A model generated the notes under the pieces. That model was given only the letters and a program-made list of their open reading frames with translations, was not told the DNA's origin and searched no databases. From Leucoraja erinacea (Eukaryota): a DNA stretch of 64,000 nucleotides. A program made the translations under genes and the position numbers. Positions within the stretch are counted from its first letter, which is position 1. Each line of letters opens with the position of its first letter. Location: contig NC_073412.1 of the NCBI RefSeq assembly GCF_028641065.1, positions 5,084,001-5,148,000 of the forward strand, written 5' to 3'. Shown here one piece after another: positions 35,779 through 50,382 of this stretch.

Positions 35779-37898
35779 CAGCCTTGCAAATTCTTTCCTT
35801 TCAGATACTTTTCATTTCATTTAAATAAATCAAAGTAACCTTCTAAGTCAATTGGTAAATCTATTTGGTACCCTTTCATTATTTCCTGCAGTATGGGGCC
35901 CAGAATTGGACACAGTGCTTCAGTTCTGCCACAGTTTCTTCCTTACTCACATACTCCATGCCTCTGCTTATAATGAATTTCACAATCTGCTGCACCAATT
36001 TCAGAAAAATATACACAGATGCTTGCTGATTTCTGTTCTGGTATCTGCTGTTATAACAGTCAAATTTAGATTATATTGTCCCTTAGCCTTTCTATCAAGA
36101 TGCAGTGATTCATATTTTTCATTACATAGTGATTAATTTCACCATGCTACCGGCATCTTCATTGTTCATGACATCTCAGCCGCAGTACTGAAGAGTGGTC
36201 CAGCTGTTGCAATACCGTTCCAGTACAATTTTGAAAAACTGGCATTTTTCATTGATGTGAAAATTTGCTCAATTGTTGTGTTAACAAAAAACTGGATAAA
36301 TTGAATACCTCACCCCAACCTTGGATCAAAGCATTGAATTTTAGAGATGAGAGAGCAAGTCTTCCTTTCACACAAAGGCTATACTTGATTGTCGCATCAA
36401 GGTTTCTTGATAAAACAGATATGAATGGGAAAATGTAAGCTTTATCTGACTGAATACAGTAGGACTAAGCCACCGTTCAGATGTGGGCTGATAACGTATG
36501 CCACAAATTCCAGACAGACGCCTAATAACCTATCCTTAATGAACACCACTGAATTATCAGTAATTATGGAAGATCCCAAAGGAAACTAAACTGGACTAAC
36601 CACTGTCTTTGCCGATTAATGCATGTGTAGTATAACTACAAGAGCAAGTCAGGTTGAGCATCCTGTGTTAAGGAGCTTGCTTCCTGGTACCACAAAGCCT
36701 TTATACCACCTGCGTGGCATGATGTAATGCTGTTTGCTTGCCTTGAAGATAGAACTCCAACACCATCCAGGGGAAAGTTGAATTGGCAATCCATTCAATC
36801 CCCCAAATGTGTATTCCTTTAGTGTTGCACAATGTCTGCAGCCTTGCAAATTCTTTCCTTTCAGATACTTTTCATTTCATTTAAATAAATCAAAGTAACC
36901 TTCTAAGTCAATTGGTAAATCTATTTGGTACCCTTTCATTATTTCCTGCAGTATGGGGCCCAGAATTGGACACAGTGCTTCAGTTCTGCCACAGTTTCTT
37001 CCTTGCTCATATACTCCATGCCTCTGCTTATAATGAATTTCACAATCTGCTGCACCCCTTTCAGCAAAATATACACAGATGCTTGCTGATTTCTGTTCTG
37101 GTATCTGCTGTTATAACAGTCAAATTTAGATTATATTGTCCCTTAGCCTTTCTATCAAGATGCAGTGATTCATATTTTTCATTACATAGTGATTAATTTC
37201 ACCATGCTACCGGCATCTTCATTGTTCATGACATCTCAGCCGCAGTACTGAAGAGTGGTCCAGCTGTTGCAATACCGTTCCAGTACAATTTTTAAAAACT
37301 GGCATTTTTCATTGATGTGAAAATTTGCTCAATTGTTGTGTTAACAAAAAACTGGATAAATTGAATACCTCACCTCAACCTTGGATCAAACCATTGAATT
37401 TTAGAGATGAGAGAGCAAGTCTTCCTTTCACACAAAGGCTATACTTGATTGTCGCATCAAGGTTTCTTGATAAAACAGATATGAATGGGAAAATGTAAGC
37501 TTTATCTGACTGAATACAGTAGGACTAAGCCACCGTTCAGATGTGGGCTGATAACGTATGCCACAAATTCCAGACAGACGCCTAATAACCTATCCTTAAT
37601 GAACACCACTGAATTATCAGTAATTATGGAAGATCCCAAAGGAAACTAAACTGGACTAACCACTGTCTTTGCCGATTAATGCATGTGTAGTATAACTACA
37701 AGAGCAAGTCAGGTTGAGCATCCTGTGTTAAGGAGCTTGCTTCCTGGTACCACAAAGCCTTTATACCACCTGCGTGGCATGATGTAATGCTGTTTGCTTG
37801 CCTTGAAGATAGAACTCCAACACCATCCAGGGGAAAGTTGAATTGGCAATCCATTCAATCCCCCAAATGTGTATTCCTTTAGTGTTGCACAATGTCTG
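35779..37898 (+). repeat. 1060-bp tandem duplication (35779-36838 / 36839-37898)
   Basis: The two units differ at only a handful of substitutions. Confidence 0.97.
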
Positions 37899-40419
37899 CT
37901 GTGGGTGCCATCTATAAAATGCATTCCTAAGCTTTTAAGACAATGCCTTGTAATATCTCGAATAAAATCGGAAGGCAGATGAGGGATATTTGCCCTTGCA
38001 GGTTCCCCTCCAAATTGCACACCTGCATTGGAAATATATTGCCTTTTCTCTGTTGTGTATAAATCCTGTTATTGAACAGAACAGTGAGGACCACCTTCGC
38101 AAGAAGGACTGCAGCAGTTCATGAAGGTGGCTTATCAGTACCACCATTGTCTTAGCAATTAGGTATGGTCAATAAATGGTACATTTTCCCATGATACCCA
38201 CATCCCAAAAAACAAATAAACTATTTCAAATACATTTAAAGGGCGTTTCATTAATAATTGAAAAAGTCACAGTTAACGCTCTAATTCTGTATCATTATTT
38301 ATAAAGTTGCAGACCTATCAAAGTACAACTACACAAAATAATCTAGTTAACTCCCAAGAAAGAACAATATGAAATTGATTTTTGGTGTGATGCTTTAAAA
38401 ATATTCACTTTAGTTTACGCTTCATTTTACCTTATTTCCTCCGTAATTTCCAACCTACTGGAGAAATATAACAATTCTGTGCAGGTTTAAGTATCCCATG
38501 AAAAATAAATCACGGCTTTATGCAAACTATTAAGATTGTGTACTGTACCAATGCTATCTTTGCACATGGACATACATGTGAATTTGTGTCTGGTAAATTC
38601 CATCCAATCCGCCTCTGGTCCCCTCACATTCGTCTCCCTCTTCCTTTTAGCTCATCCACCTCCTACGCACGCATTACACCCACCGATCTCCTCCCCATCT
38701 GTTGGTTACTTATGCCGTTCACCTCTCTCTAATAGTTCCCACCATCACCTTTCTTATCTGATTTCAGAACCGGTTGCCTTTATGCTCCTGTTAATCACCC
38801 TCTGGCATTTGTGTCCGCCCCACCTGGCTCCGTCTGCTCTTTAGATAGACACAAAATGCTGGAGTAACTCAACGGCTCATGCAGCATCTCTGGATAGAAG
38901 ACCCTTCTTCAGAATGAGTGTCAGGGAGAGAGAGACAGTGATAAGGAAGACTCCATCTCCATCTGCATTTCCATCGGCCCTTTCCTTTGTCAGCTTCTGT
39001 CGCCCTCCCCAATCTGACTCCACCTGCCAATCTGACCACCCTAACCCCTGTAACCCCTGTCTCAACCTTACTGGTCCTGTTTTACTCCTCTTCACTCTGT
39101 CGAGATGCCAATTTTTCGGGTCAACTCTACATATCTTCCCACCACAGATGTTGCTCGATCTACTGCGTTTCTTCTTCAGTTTGGTTTTGTTCTAATTCCA
39201 GAATATGCGGTCCCGTGTGTGCCCATGAATTTTATCATATTGTTGTATTTACACCATGATTTTTCAGTCTATTCGTCGCATGAATCTTGGCAAAGATATT
39301 TAGTGACTTGTTTGACTCTGACTGCCACAGCCAGGTTCAATTCCATTCTTGTTTGATGTTTTTAAAGAAACTTCAGCACTGAACAATGATTTAAAAAAAC
39401 TTGTGTGTAAGAAAGAACTGCAAATGCTGGTTTAAATCGAAGGTAGACGCAAAATGCTGGAGCAACTCAGTGAGACAGGCAGCATCTCTGGAGAGAAGGA
39501 ATAGGTGACGTTTCGGGTCGAGACCCTTCTTCAGACAAACTCATTTTGCTTTCTTCACCTCCCCCTCTCTGCCCTCAGCCCCATTGAGATATACCCAATT
39601 GCAGCTACCTTTTAGTAATTCAGAGCAGACTAAGTATATAACCGATCATGCTTTATCTGTGTCCCTAGGAGGGAACTGCAGATGCTGGTATGCACCGAAG
39701 ATAGTCACCAAATGCTGGAGTAACTCAGCGGGACAGGCAGCATCTCTGGATAGAAGGTTTCTATCCAGAGATGCAGCCTGTCCTGCTGTTACTCCAGCAT
39801 TTTGTGTCTATCCACACATCAGTTGATTCATTAAGCTACTAAACCATAACTTCAAATAAATCGACAAACCAATTAAATCCCTCTATCTCTCTCCTGTGGC
39901 ATGTTCTGTTTACTATTTTATACATAATGTTTTCTCTCGCAGCCATACAGGCGACCCCCTGGCGACCACTCACGACCATACAGGTGACCCCCTGGTGACA
40001 CCCCGCGATTAGGTTGATGCTTAAAATGATCAACAATTGGAATTGAGTTGTAATCTTGGATGCCACTGGATTTTTTGAAGGACTTCGACCTGACACTGGA
40101 ATTTTCCAGTAGCGTTTGCACTAAACATTTGATTTTACACTGGTTTTGTTTTCCAGTAGCAACTGGTACTGGATTTTGTGACTTGCAAGCAGCTTGTCAA
40201 TTGGGTTACAATAACTCTAGGTGTTTTGAAATACACAGCTGATTGATGTGGGACGATGCAGCTAACATTGGATCAGTTTTATCAGTAGGGAAAGGTTCCT
40301 GCTCAAACATTCCAATGCTATGTCTGCATGTTGGTGTTGGTGGCACTTATTGCACCACCCTACATTCATTGCTGCTATGCCAAAGTCGGAGTGTGGCCTT
40401 TCAGGAAATGCATAACATT

Positions 40420-40810
40420 TCATAGAAAATAGGTGCAGGAGTAGGCCATTTGGCCCTTCGAGCCAGCACCACCATTCAATATGATCATAGCTGATCATCT
40501 AAAACAATTACCCCGTTTCTGCTTTTTTTTTTTCCTCATATCTCTTGATTCCTTTAGCCCGAAGAGCTACATCTAACTCTTTCTTCTGTGGCAGAGAATT
40601 CCACAGATTCACAACACAATTTTCCTCATCTCAGTCCTAAATTGCCTACCCCTTATTCGTAAACTGACCCCTGGTTGAAGACATCCCCAACATTGAGAAC
40701 ATTTTTCCTGCATCTAGCCTGTCCAATCCTTTAAGAATGTTATGTTTCTATAAGATCCCCTTTCATTCTTCTAAATTCCAGTGAACACAGGCCCAGCCGA
40801 CCCATTCTTT
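40420..40810 (-). mobile_element. Degenerate CR1 3' fragment
   Basis: catagaaaataggtgcaggagtaggcc... family end. Confidence 0.8.
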
Positions 40811-42653
40811 CAATTTCAATACCTAAATTCTGTTTTTATAGTGTTTTTAATGCAGCGAATATGCCTATGAGCAGCATTATCATTTATGCCAAGTTACATT
40901 AATGTGAGTGACCCAAACTGGGCTAAAGACACAAAGCATAAGCAAAAAGGAGTAGACCATTTAATTCCTTACACCTGCTTTGCCAGTCAAGGATATCATG
41001 GGATGATAGTTTAACTCATTGTAACTTTTCCAAGCTTGATCACTTATTTTGAGAATGAGACTCTTAGTTCTAGAGGTCCATCCAGGGAAACATCATCCCT
41101 GCATCTTACATGTCAAAACTGGAAGAATTTGTCCCCTCGACATGACTGGGAATAGGAGAAAATTAAGTTAGCTCTAACTTGCAGAGAAGGTGGGGGAGGG
41201 ATGTCTTCACCCAGTGACGGCTTATGCATGTCCCACTGTGCAACTGCCTCACAACTTCTACTGTCATTTTGTATGATCAAGCAGGGGTTAAGAGACTCGC
41301 CCCCCTAATCCAAATTGAAATAGACTTGGAATTAATGGAGTTGCTTGAAGATGATGAGGGGAGTTACAGAACTCGCCATCCTTACAGCTGTTGAGATGGT
41401 TCCAATGTGGAGTGATTGACCCTCTGGATGCACAATGATTGTGAAAACTGGTACCTCTTGAATGGAGTAGGACTGGAGGAGATTGCGATGGCAACCGTGG
41501 AGTGTTTTGAAAACTGGGATGCAAAATTTGGAATTAAACCATTGACTACTTAAGATAGACACAAATAGCTGGAGTAACTCAGCGGGAGAGGCAGCATCTC
41601 TGGAGAGATGGGTGACATTTTGGGTCGAGACCCTTCAGACTGGTTAAATATAAGGGAAACGAAAGGTATAGATGATGATATAGAGAGACTGCTTAATATC
41701 AGCTAAATAACTCTGATTACTCCTTGAGCCATGTTTCAGACTTTTTTTATGCTGGCATTCTTCACAGTCAAGGCTGAATTGATAATGCTGGTGTATAATT
41801 AAATTGCATGAGGCAGAGGATAGACATCCAGTCATATGTAACTCATTCAATTACGCTGATCTTGTTTATTCTGGAGAGATTTTGCGAATAGATGTGCATG
41901 TATTCCTCGTGAATACTCTCTACAGTGTTAAACTAAGAATAAAATGTTATTTATTAACTCTTCTCTTCAGGGTGATGGCTACCTGTAACTTATTATTTTA
42001 ATGCAGCAACCATGTATCTCTGTTGCCATTTAGTGATGCCAGAGGATATGTGTCCACGCACATTATATATAAACTATTCTTGCAGTTATGGTGGTACAGG
42101 CAATGCTACCCTAGATCTGAAGGAAAGCTTTTGGCTTCTAAATTGTCAATCTTTGCCTTCACTATGAGAATTGGTTCAAGTAAGCATGGTTGTTTCATAC
42201 TCGCTTCAATATTGAAGCTGGCACTTTTAAAAATAAAATGGCTTGTCTAAGAGACCAGAAGGGATCCAGCAAATGAGATATGTTTAATCACTGATAGAAT
42301 CTTTCATAAATTGCTGGGATAAAGATATGGACTAAAATATGCAGCTTGGCATTCTACTTTGTATAATTATTCCCCATTATTATTGTTCTGTGGAATAGGC
42401 CCTACAATTTTGTTTTATAAGTGATAGAGAGGAAGAGATTGCCAAATAAATGATTGAAATAATATAATGAGCACTTAAACAACTCATCTGAGCGATCTAT
42501 CCAGATCAGTTTTGTTTTATAGTTTATAGTTATCTGTGAATGAATCTAGATTTTATTCTGTGTTTTGGGGAAGTAAGAAAATTGAACCTTGTTTAAATTG
42601 GCGGTGTTTATCCAAAAGTATTTAAACTCACAAGCCTCTTTTTGCCTTCTCAG

Positions 42654-42734
42654 GATCCTTCGGTAACTCAGCTGACTAATGCCAACCAGCAAGGTATTGA
42701 TGATTTTAATCCATTCACCGAGAACAGCAGGCTG
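42654..42734 (+). CDS. SCAMP2: SCAMP2 exon 2
   Basis: DPSVTQLTNANQQGIDDFNPFTENSRL; cag/gtaagt boundaries. Confidence 0.93.
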
Positions 42735-45000
42735 GTAAGTTTCAACATTGATGATATCTTGTCCTCATTTTAGGTCCATGGAGCAAACTTTAACAGTGGT
42801 CCTTTTTCCTAGCTCAGGAGTTGTAGAAGACTTCTATTGGCAGTTTTCTGCAGATTTGCCAAAGCAAAGTGACTGTTCAGACATGTTCTGTGCACAAATG
42901 TTTTTGGCTACAACACTTGAATTCTCAACTTGAGCTGATGAGGGATATCCAGAAATGTTGCAGTGTTTCCCCATCAGGTAGATGTATTTTTTAGTAACAG
43001 TTGATTGCTGGGAAGGAAGCAGGTGGGAGTGGCATTGAACAGGGTGGTAATTTGTCGGTTAAGCTTGCCGCACACCACAAGCTACTGGAAGTCCCTCAGT
43101 TAAGCTTGGTATGCAAATTGTCAATCATTGATTAGGCCATCTTATAAAAATCATGAGAAGGGACCCAAACATGTTGGATCCCACCCACGTTCTCCCTGTA
43201 CATGTGTGGAATTTCAATGGGACTGTGGGCCCTGGAAGTAAGGTCACCAGCAAGTAGATTTTTGACAGGAAACCATGCAGCCTCTGTGTCATAGGTTCCG
43301 ATGTTAATACCTATTTTATTTATTTTGTCTTCGTTTACATTATTAAAAGTCTAACTTTGAAAGTGGGTTTATCCGTAGTTTTACTTTAAATGTTGGGTGT
43401 GTTGTTTTGTCCAGTGTGCTAGTGAAATTAATTTCAAATAGTACAGTCACGCACACATGGCTAAATTGGATTTTTAAAATAATTTGGAGGAATAATAGGT
43501 TCCAGCATTGATATAAATAACTACCAGATGTTCCTTAGATAGCGATAATTGGTGTGATTCCCATGCTTTGTTAGATCTGTGTCATTTGTGTACTTTTATC
43601 AATTGACATAATGCATTCACTTTTTCCTCCTACCTGATTTCTTGCTCCCAACCTATTGAGAAATGTTAGCTACTCACCAGGAGTACAGTCCACACCACCA
43701 ACCTTGGCTCTATACACTTCACTGAGTGTGGGGCTGAAAACATGGCTATGTTGCATGTAGTTCCAACATAGTTTATTCAGCATGGGAATATTCTCTTCTT
43801 GTTCGTCATCCAGGTCACAAAGCCCATTGTTGAACCCTATTAACTTTCTGGTTTTAAATTAGTTAACTTAATCAGGAGATTGGCCCCAATGTGCAAGGCA
43901 CATGACTTGCACGTCTGAATAAGGGTTTCGACCCGAAACGTCGCCTATTTCCTTCGCCCCATAGATGCTGCCTCATCCACTGAGTTTCTCCAGCATTTTT
44001 GTCTACCTTCGGTTTTCCAGCATCTGCAGTTCCTTCTTAAACATGACGTTATTTTATGTTAACCTAATCCAGGGGGTGGGAGATTGCAACCTTCACATGG
44101 TTGGCCCCGTTTCGATGAATGCAATCAACCCGGCGTGTACAATCAAACAAAAACAAATAGAACAAGTTGTCCTACAACTTTAGGTTGTGCATGCCATATG
44201 CAAGAAGAAGAACCTAATCCAGGATTATATTTGTGATTGTTATTTACTGTATAAAGTGAGAAGGTTTTGTTAAATACAGTATTTCTCAAAGCTATTTTTG
44301 CTAAAGAGATAGATTTAACCCAATAAGCACTGAACAGAATAAATTGTTTAGTGCTTATGGTATCTATTGCGTTCTTCGTTATATTATTGTTTTTAATTGA
44401 ATTGTTTTGTGTATGACATCCAAATAGGCAAAATAAAACTTCATTATTTATAATAAACCAGTTAGAACAATTCTACATATAGATTTACAACAATTGTGCT
44501 TTAATAATACTGCAGCGATTTATGAACCATGAATAAGAGAATGTATTTGTCACTTTGGTTGCCCAATGAATTCTGACGTTCAACGTTCAGTGCTATATAA
44601 AGTTGGATAAGTTAATTATATTTGACTGGTTCAGATGGGCATAACATGTCATGTACAATATCCGAATGAAAGCAATACATTCACATGCTGTCTAGGCCTA
44701 AATTGTTGCTCCTTCCCCCTCCTCTTCTCAACAAAGTGACAGTTGTTTGTTCAGCTTGTAGCTTGCCATTGCTGATATTAGATGGCTACTGTGTCTGCTC
44801 ATAAACACTGGGTGCACTTTAAAAACAACTTGTGGCAACATGAGGCATGGTATACATGAGTTTTAGTTTTACTGTATGTTTTCTACAATCACAAATGACC
44901 TTTATTGCAGATTTGATTCCCGATGTGTGGAAAGGGTCTGATGATGTTTAATTCAAAGTTTGCACCTTGGTATGTTCGTAATTTTATTTTTACTCTTTAG

Positions 45001-45096
45001 ACTCCTGCTGCAACAGATACCAAAGTTCCAACTGCACCGAAGGTTGCTCCTTCTCAGCCAGCAATCTTGCAGCCCACAGTGGAACCCAGTCCTCAG
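45001..45096 (+). CDS. SCAMP2: SCAMP2 exon 3
   Basis: TPAATDTKVPTAPKVAPSQPAILQPTVEPSPQ; tag/gt boundaries. Confidence 0.88.
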
Positions 45097-45912
45097 GTAT
45101 GCTAAATAATGGAATGTTATGGAATTCTGTTGTGCAGTTAACATGCACAATAAATATAAAATCTTAATAGAAGCTGACTTAATTCAGTTAGTGGTATTTA
45201 CTAACTTAATTCACGTAATTCAAACTGTGAATTGACAGATTGAACCAACCCATAAGAACAATGTACACCACAGATGAACGCACATTCTTTCACATAGCTG
45301 GGGATGAATGATCCTGCCTAATCCATAGCATGGGGTCCCCATTAATTACCCTCCTGTGTGACATCAATTAACTCTGACTGGATATTTTCCACGGTAGATT
45401 TAAAAAACCCATGAAAAGTATTTGAGAGGGAGTGTATCTGATCCGAGCCAACTGTTTTTCATTGCTGGGCAAGCTGTAGCTCTGTGTGGGGTACTCTCAT
45501 CTCCTAAGTCTGATTCAAGTTCTGGTTCAAGTTCTATTCTGCAGAATAACCACACACATCTGGGCTGCTCACACAGTATTAAGGGAGTGTTACACTTCCA
45601 GAGCATCTTTAACATGAGACACTGAAAGGAGGGATTGTCTGCTGTCTCAAGTGGAGCAAAACATCCTGTGACACTATGTCAGGGAAGAGTGAGGGAGATT
45701 TACTTGATGTTCAGACCAATATTCATCCCATATTTAACACAGAAGAACAAATGTGTCATGCCATTGTTATTGACAGAATTTTGTGCACTAATTTGCAACC
45801 ATTCATATTATTTTATAATAGTAGCAACCCATCAAAAATTGCTTCATTAACGGCAGACTCTTTCATGACTTAAAAGGAATGTGAAAAAAAGTTTGAATAA
45901 ATAATAATACTT

Positions 45913-46195
45913 GGGCAGCACGGTGGTGCAGCGGTAGAGTTGCTGCCTTACAGTGCTCGGAGACCCCGTTTGATCCCAGCTATGGGCGCTGTCTATACGG
46001 AGTTTGTATGTTCTCTCCGTGACCTGCGTGGGTTTTCGAGATCTTTAATTTCCTCCCTCACGCCAAAGACGTACGGGTTTGCTTGGTATGAGCGTAAATT
46101 GTCCCTGGTGTGTGTAGGATAGTGTTAGCGTGTGGGGACTGCTGGTCAGTGCGGACTCGGGCCTGTTTCCGCGCTGTATCTCTAAACTAAACTAA
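45913..46195 (+). mobile_element. tRNA-derived SINE
   Basis: A-box head and (CTAAA)n tail. Confidence 0.85.
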
Positions 46196-49100
46196 AGTAA
46201 TCTTGGGAATTATTTGCCTGTAAATGAAGGAAAATAAATCTTGGGTGTTTACAACGTGCAACAAAGATTCTAAAAATGCAGCATAATACAAAGAACAGGT
46301 TGAAGCATCATTGAATCGAACTGCAGATGCTGGAAATCTGAAATAAAACCAAAAGTGCTAGAAACATTCAGCAAGTCCGGCAGCATCTGTGGATGAAAAA
46401 CAGTTAACATTTCAGGTTGTTTTATTGTCCCGTGGTTCAAGCAAGTTCTGTGTGTTCTTACAACTCTTAAAGCATCCCTTTTAATTTGTTGACATCTCAT
46501 AATTGTGTGTAGTATTAATAAACAACTCCCTTATTACCATTTATTCTTTCGTCCCATTTCTTGATTGTATTCCTGCAGTGGAGATGTATTATTTCTGAAT
46601 TCGACTTCATAGACAATTAACCAACACTAGGAATGAGAAAATGGGGAACTATAGTTAACCTTGCTGCATCAGTAGGAAATTGCTACAACCTATTATTAGG
46701 AAAGTGGTGGCATGTGATTTAGAAAAAATTAATAGGAGTGGTGAAAGTCGACATGGTTTCATGAAAGGGAAATGATGGTTGACAAATTTGTTGGGAGTCT
46801 TTGAGGTTGCAGCTAGTAGATATGGATATGATATTTTGGAGTTTTGGCATACTTAATCAGATAATGGAATGGTTACTGCACAGAAGGAAGCCATTCGGGT
46901 AATAATATCCATCACACATCACAGGTCATGGTACCATACAAAGGCTGCAAGCAAAGTTGAAGTATGTGCGATTGGAGGTAATATACTGGTGAGAGTTTGA
47001 AATGTTATCACACATGCCAGTTTAGGTGTGGTGGGGGGGGGTCTTAAGTCAATAATTAGTTCCTTGGATAAGCACAAAATGCTGGAAAAACTCTGCCGGA
47101 CAGGCAGCATCTCTGGAGAATGGGTGATGTTTTGGGTTGAGACCCTTCAGACTTGGTCTTTTTAATGTTGAGGGAGATGTTGACGCGGCACCACTCACCA
47201 GATGTTCTGTCTCTCTCCTGTACGCTGGCTCGTACCCACCTGTGATGTGGCCAACAACAGTTGGGTGCTGCTGGGATAGGTGCGTGGAGGCCCTGACTGT
47301 TCACAATCTGTAACCCTAAGGATTAAGTTGAGTGTAAAAATCACAGGTTTGGTGCAGATGTAGACTAGTGTGCTGGTGGCTGGTGTGGGTTGTAACAAGG
47401 ATGTGGACATGTAGCGGTAGGTTGAGTGAGTAAGCAAGTATAAAGTGGAATAAAACGGGGGAAACAATTAGGTTTCTCTAATTTTGGTTGTGAGGGTGCA
47501 AGAGTTGAATTTTTATTTAATGTAGAGAGATTATAGCCCAAGTGAGACCATACCTTGAATATTATGGAAATCCATCTCCCTCAAGGCAAACTTGTGATAG
47601 AGAGAGTGATCTGAAGTTCACTTGATTCATTCTTGGTTCTAACCTACGTTCTAAATTTTTTCGGAATTCTTGGTTCTCAAAGAGATTTTGATTTGATTTT
47701 AGAAAAATGAGAGATGACTTCATATGGAGATGCCGAGTTGGGGTTTTGCTGACTCTAGGGTATTTTGAGTCTGGGGTAAGGTTATAATTAGGCCATTTGG
47801 CCCATCAAGATACAGTCACGAAAGTAGGTGTCAGCCAATTGGAACAGAAATTAGAAAAAGTCTTCACCCGAAGGGTAGTGAATCTTTGGAATTCTCTACA
47901 TGAGAAGATGGTGAAGGCTCCCTGAACACTTTTACTAAATCACAGATTATTATTAAAATGTAGAGTAAAAGATATTAAGGCAATGATGAGGTAGTTAAGG
48001 CAAGTACTATAACAACATTTAAAAGACATTTGGACAGGTACATGGATACGAAAGGTTTAATGACCAAACTTTGGCAGGCAGAACTAGTGGAGATGGGGTA
48101 TCTTGGTTGGCATGGGCAAATTGGGTCTGTTCCTTTCTGTATGACTAAGCATTGAGGGTTTGTGTTCATTCAGGATAGTGGTGCCCAGGTGAAAGATTGG
48201 CCTTGAGATCATTGAATCGAGAACAGAAACCAGTTGCAGAATGGCTTACTGCCTCTACTTATGCTGCAAGCTAGTAAAGAATATAGAATATATTCAAACA
48301 AATAATATATTTAGTGATATCTATAAGATAGAGCCTTGTTGAAAGAGTATATTTGCTTAATTACTATATCTAAAGTAAGTCTTAAATTTTGAAACTTGAT
48401 CAGAATTATTTTAGATAGTAATTTATGAAGATTTTCTGTTTTTTTTAGTTTAGTGCCAATGTTATGTCTTTATAGTAAAACAGGAGTCATTCTCAAAAGT
48501 TCTATCTAGCTTCAAATGTATTCAATGATACTGTCAGGGGCTGCTCACTTTTTTAATCTCCAGTTAAAAGTTTACTTCAACTTTATTTTAGGAAGTTATA
48601 CAATTTTTGATACAACAGATAACCCTCTTTTTTTAGCTGTAGTCTTTTTGAAAATTTGGCAAATTTGCCCAATTTAGATGATTGGAATGGTAGATTTTCC
48701 ATAGTTCCAATCATTCACTCTAAACAGTTAGTATTTTGCTATTTGGGTTATTAGTATGTTTCCCCAAGAGTGATCATGATTTGTGTCAATGATTGTGCAT
48801 ACTAGATGAGGAATGAGAACTTTTGAGATGGGCCCTTTCAGCAGTTGCAGATTATGGAAATAGACTCTCTAGCTTGTATTGCAGATACTACTGTTGCATC
48901 AGGCCAGGAAGTTTCTGACTACCTTATCCAATCCATTATCTACTCCAATTAACAATGACAAGTATTCAGAGACCTGCAGGTTATTAGGGGGAATTCCTTT
49001 CGAGTGTAAAGACAAGGTGAGAAGGACGATAGAATAAGGTAGGCTTGCTAACTGAGTATTTAAAAAGGCAGATATGTTAAATATAACCTTGGTTTTTGAT

Positions 49101-50270
49101 GCGCTTTTTCTGTTTTTGTATTTTATCAATGATCTTGCATACTGTTTTGGTTTGAATAAGTACCTATCTTAGTATCAACGTGCTTCAAGCACATAACTCA
49201 AACTGAGAATGTAACCCGATTTCTTTATTGCTTCAGTAATTTCTGCTCTTCATGCCCAACTGAATAAGTGACTATTCAAATGGATGGTGGGGAGGCACTA
49301 GAAGTTCCCTTTCATCATGTTTGGCATAACATTCATCATATTGTTTCTCTTTCCCCCCCCCCCCCCATCCTTCCTCCATCTCATCACATGCTGATTGTTT
49401 ATCAACTTGAATTTAATAGCTTTCAATAATCGAAGAAAGGTTTGTGAACTGTTATTTCTGCCAGAGCCTCTCCTTTCTATCAGCTGTGTGTGTTGACAGT
49501 GACAGGTATTGCATTGATGGCATGGTGCCTGATTTACCATATGGTTTTATCTAATACAGGTCTTGCATTGGGACGTGTTAGATAAAGGCCCACTGGCATA
49601 ATGTAATGCCATCCTTAATAGACCAGCCATAATTGTCGGCAAGTTATTGGAATAGTTCTGTGTCCATCAAAAAAACAAGTTTAAATTGGTATTACTTTAT
49701 GTCATGCAGGTCACTTGCTTGGGGGGGGGGGGGGGGGGGAGCTGAGCTTTCAGCTAATCAGTTTTGGACTGTAAATTAAATTTTAATTTGGAGTCATAGT
49801 GATACAGTGTGGACACTGTCCTTTCAGCCTAACTTGCCCACATCGTCCAACATGTCCCATCTATACTCGTCCCACCTACCCGCATTTTGGTCTAATTCAC
49901 CCCAAAGCTGTCCTATCCATGCAGCAACCCTGTCCTATCCATGTTGTTTCCAAAGTTTAAAAAGATAATATTTACTCCTTCCACGTAATGCAGCCCTTCT
50001 TCACTACCCACCGCATTCACCTGTTTGATGGGCCATTTTTCTTTAGTAGAGATCCAAGCTTGTTTTATAGAGAATTAGCAGAACCAGTCTTAAGTTGAAA
50101 TTGTACAGCTCAGAGGTGGATCCAGTTTTCTTCCAACACATTTCCCCATGCCTCTGCCACATGGACATTGTTTTGGGAATTTGAATGGTTAGTAAGGGGG
50201 GGGGGATTTATTTATCTGCGGAGATGTTGATCATTGCCATTTTTAATATTTTTTTTCTTGAATAACGCAG

Positions 50271-50382
50271 GCCAATGTCTCAGCTGCACAATTGGTACTG
50301 CTTCGACAGCAGGAAGAGCTAGAGAGAAAAGCTGCTGAACTAGACCGCAAGGAACAAGAACTCAAAAATGAAAGTTATAATG
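50271..50382 (+). CDS. SCAMP2: SCAMP2 exon 4
   Basis: Coiled coil LLRQQEELERKAAELDRKEQEL; 112 nt. Confidence 0.95.

Noticed and set aside
35852-37196. Two near-identical 94-aa ORFs suggesting a duplicated gene
   Set aside because: Chance ORFs with non-ATG starts inside the intronic tandem duplication.
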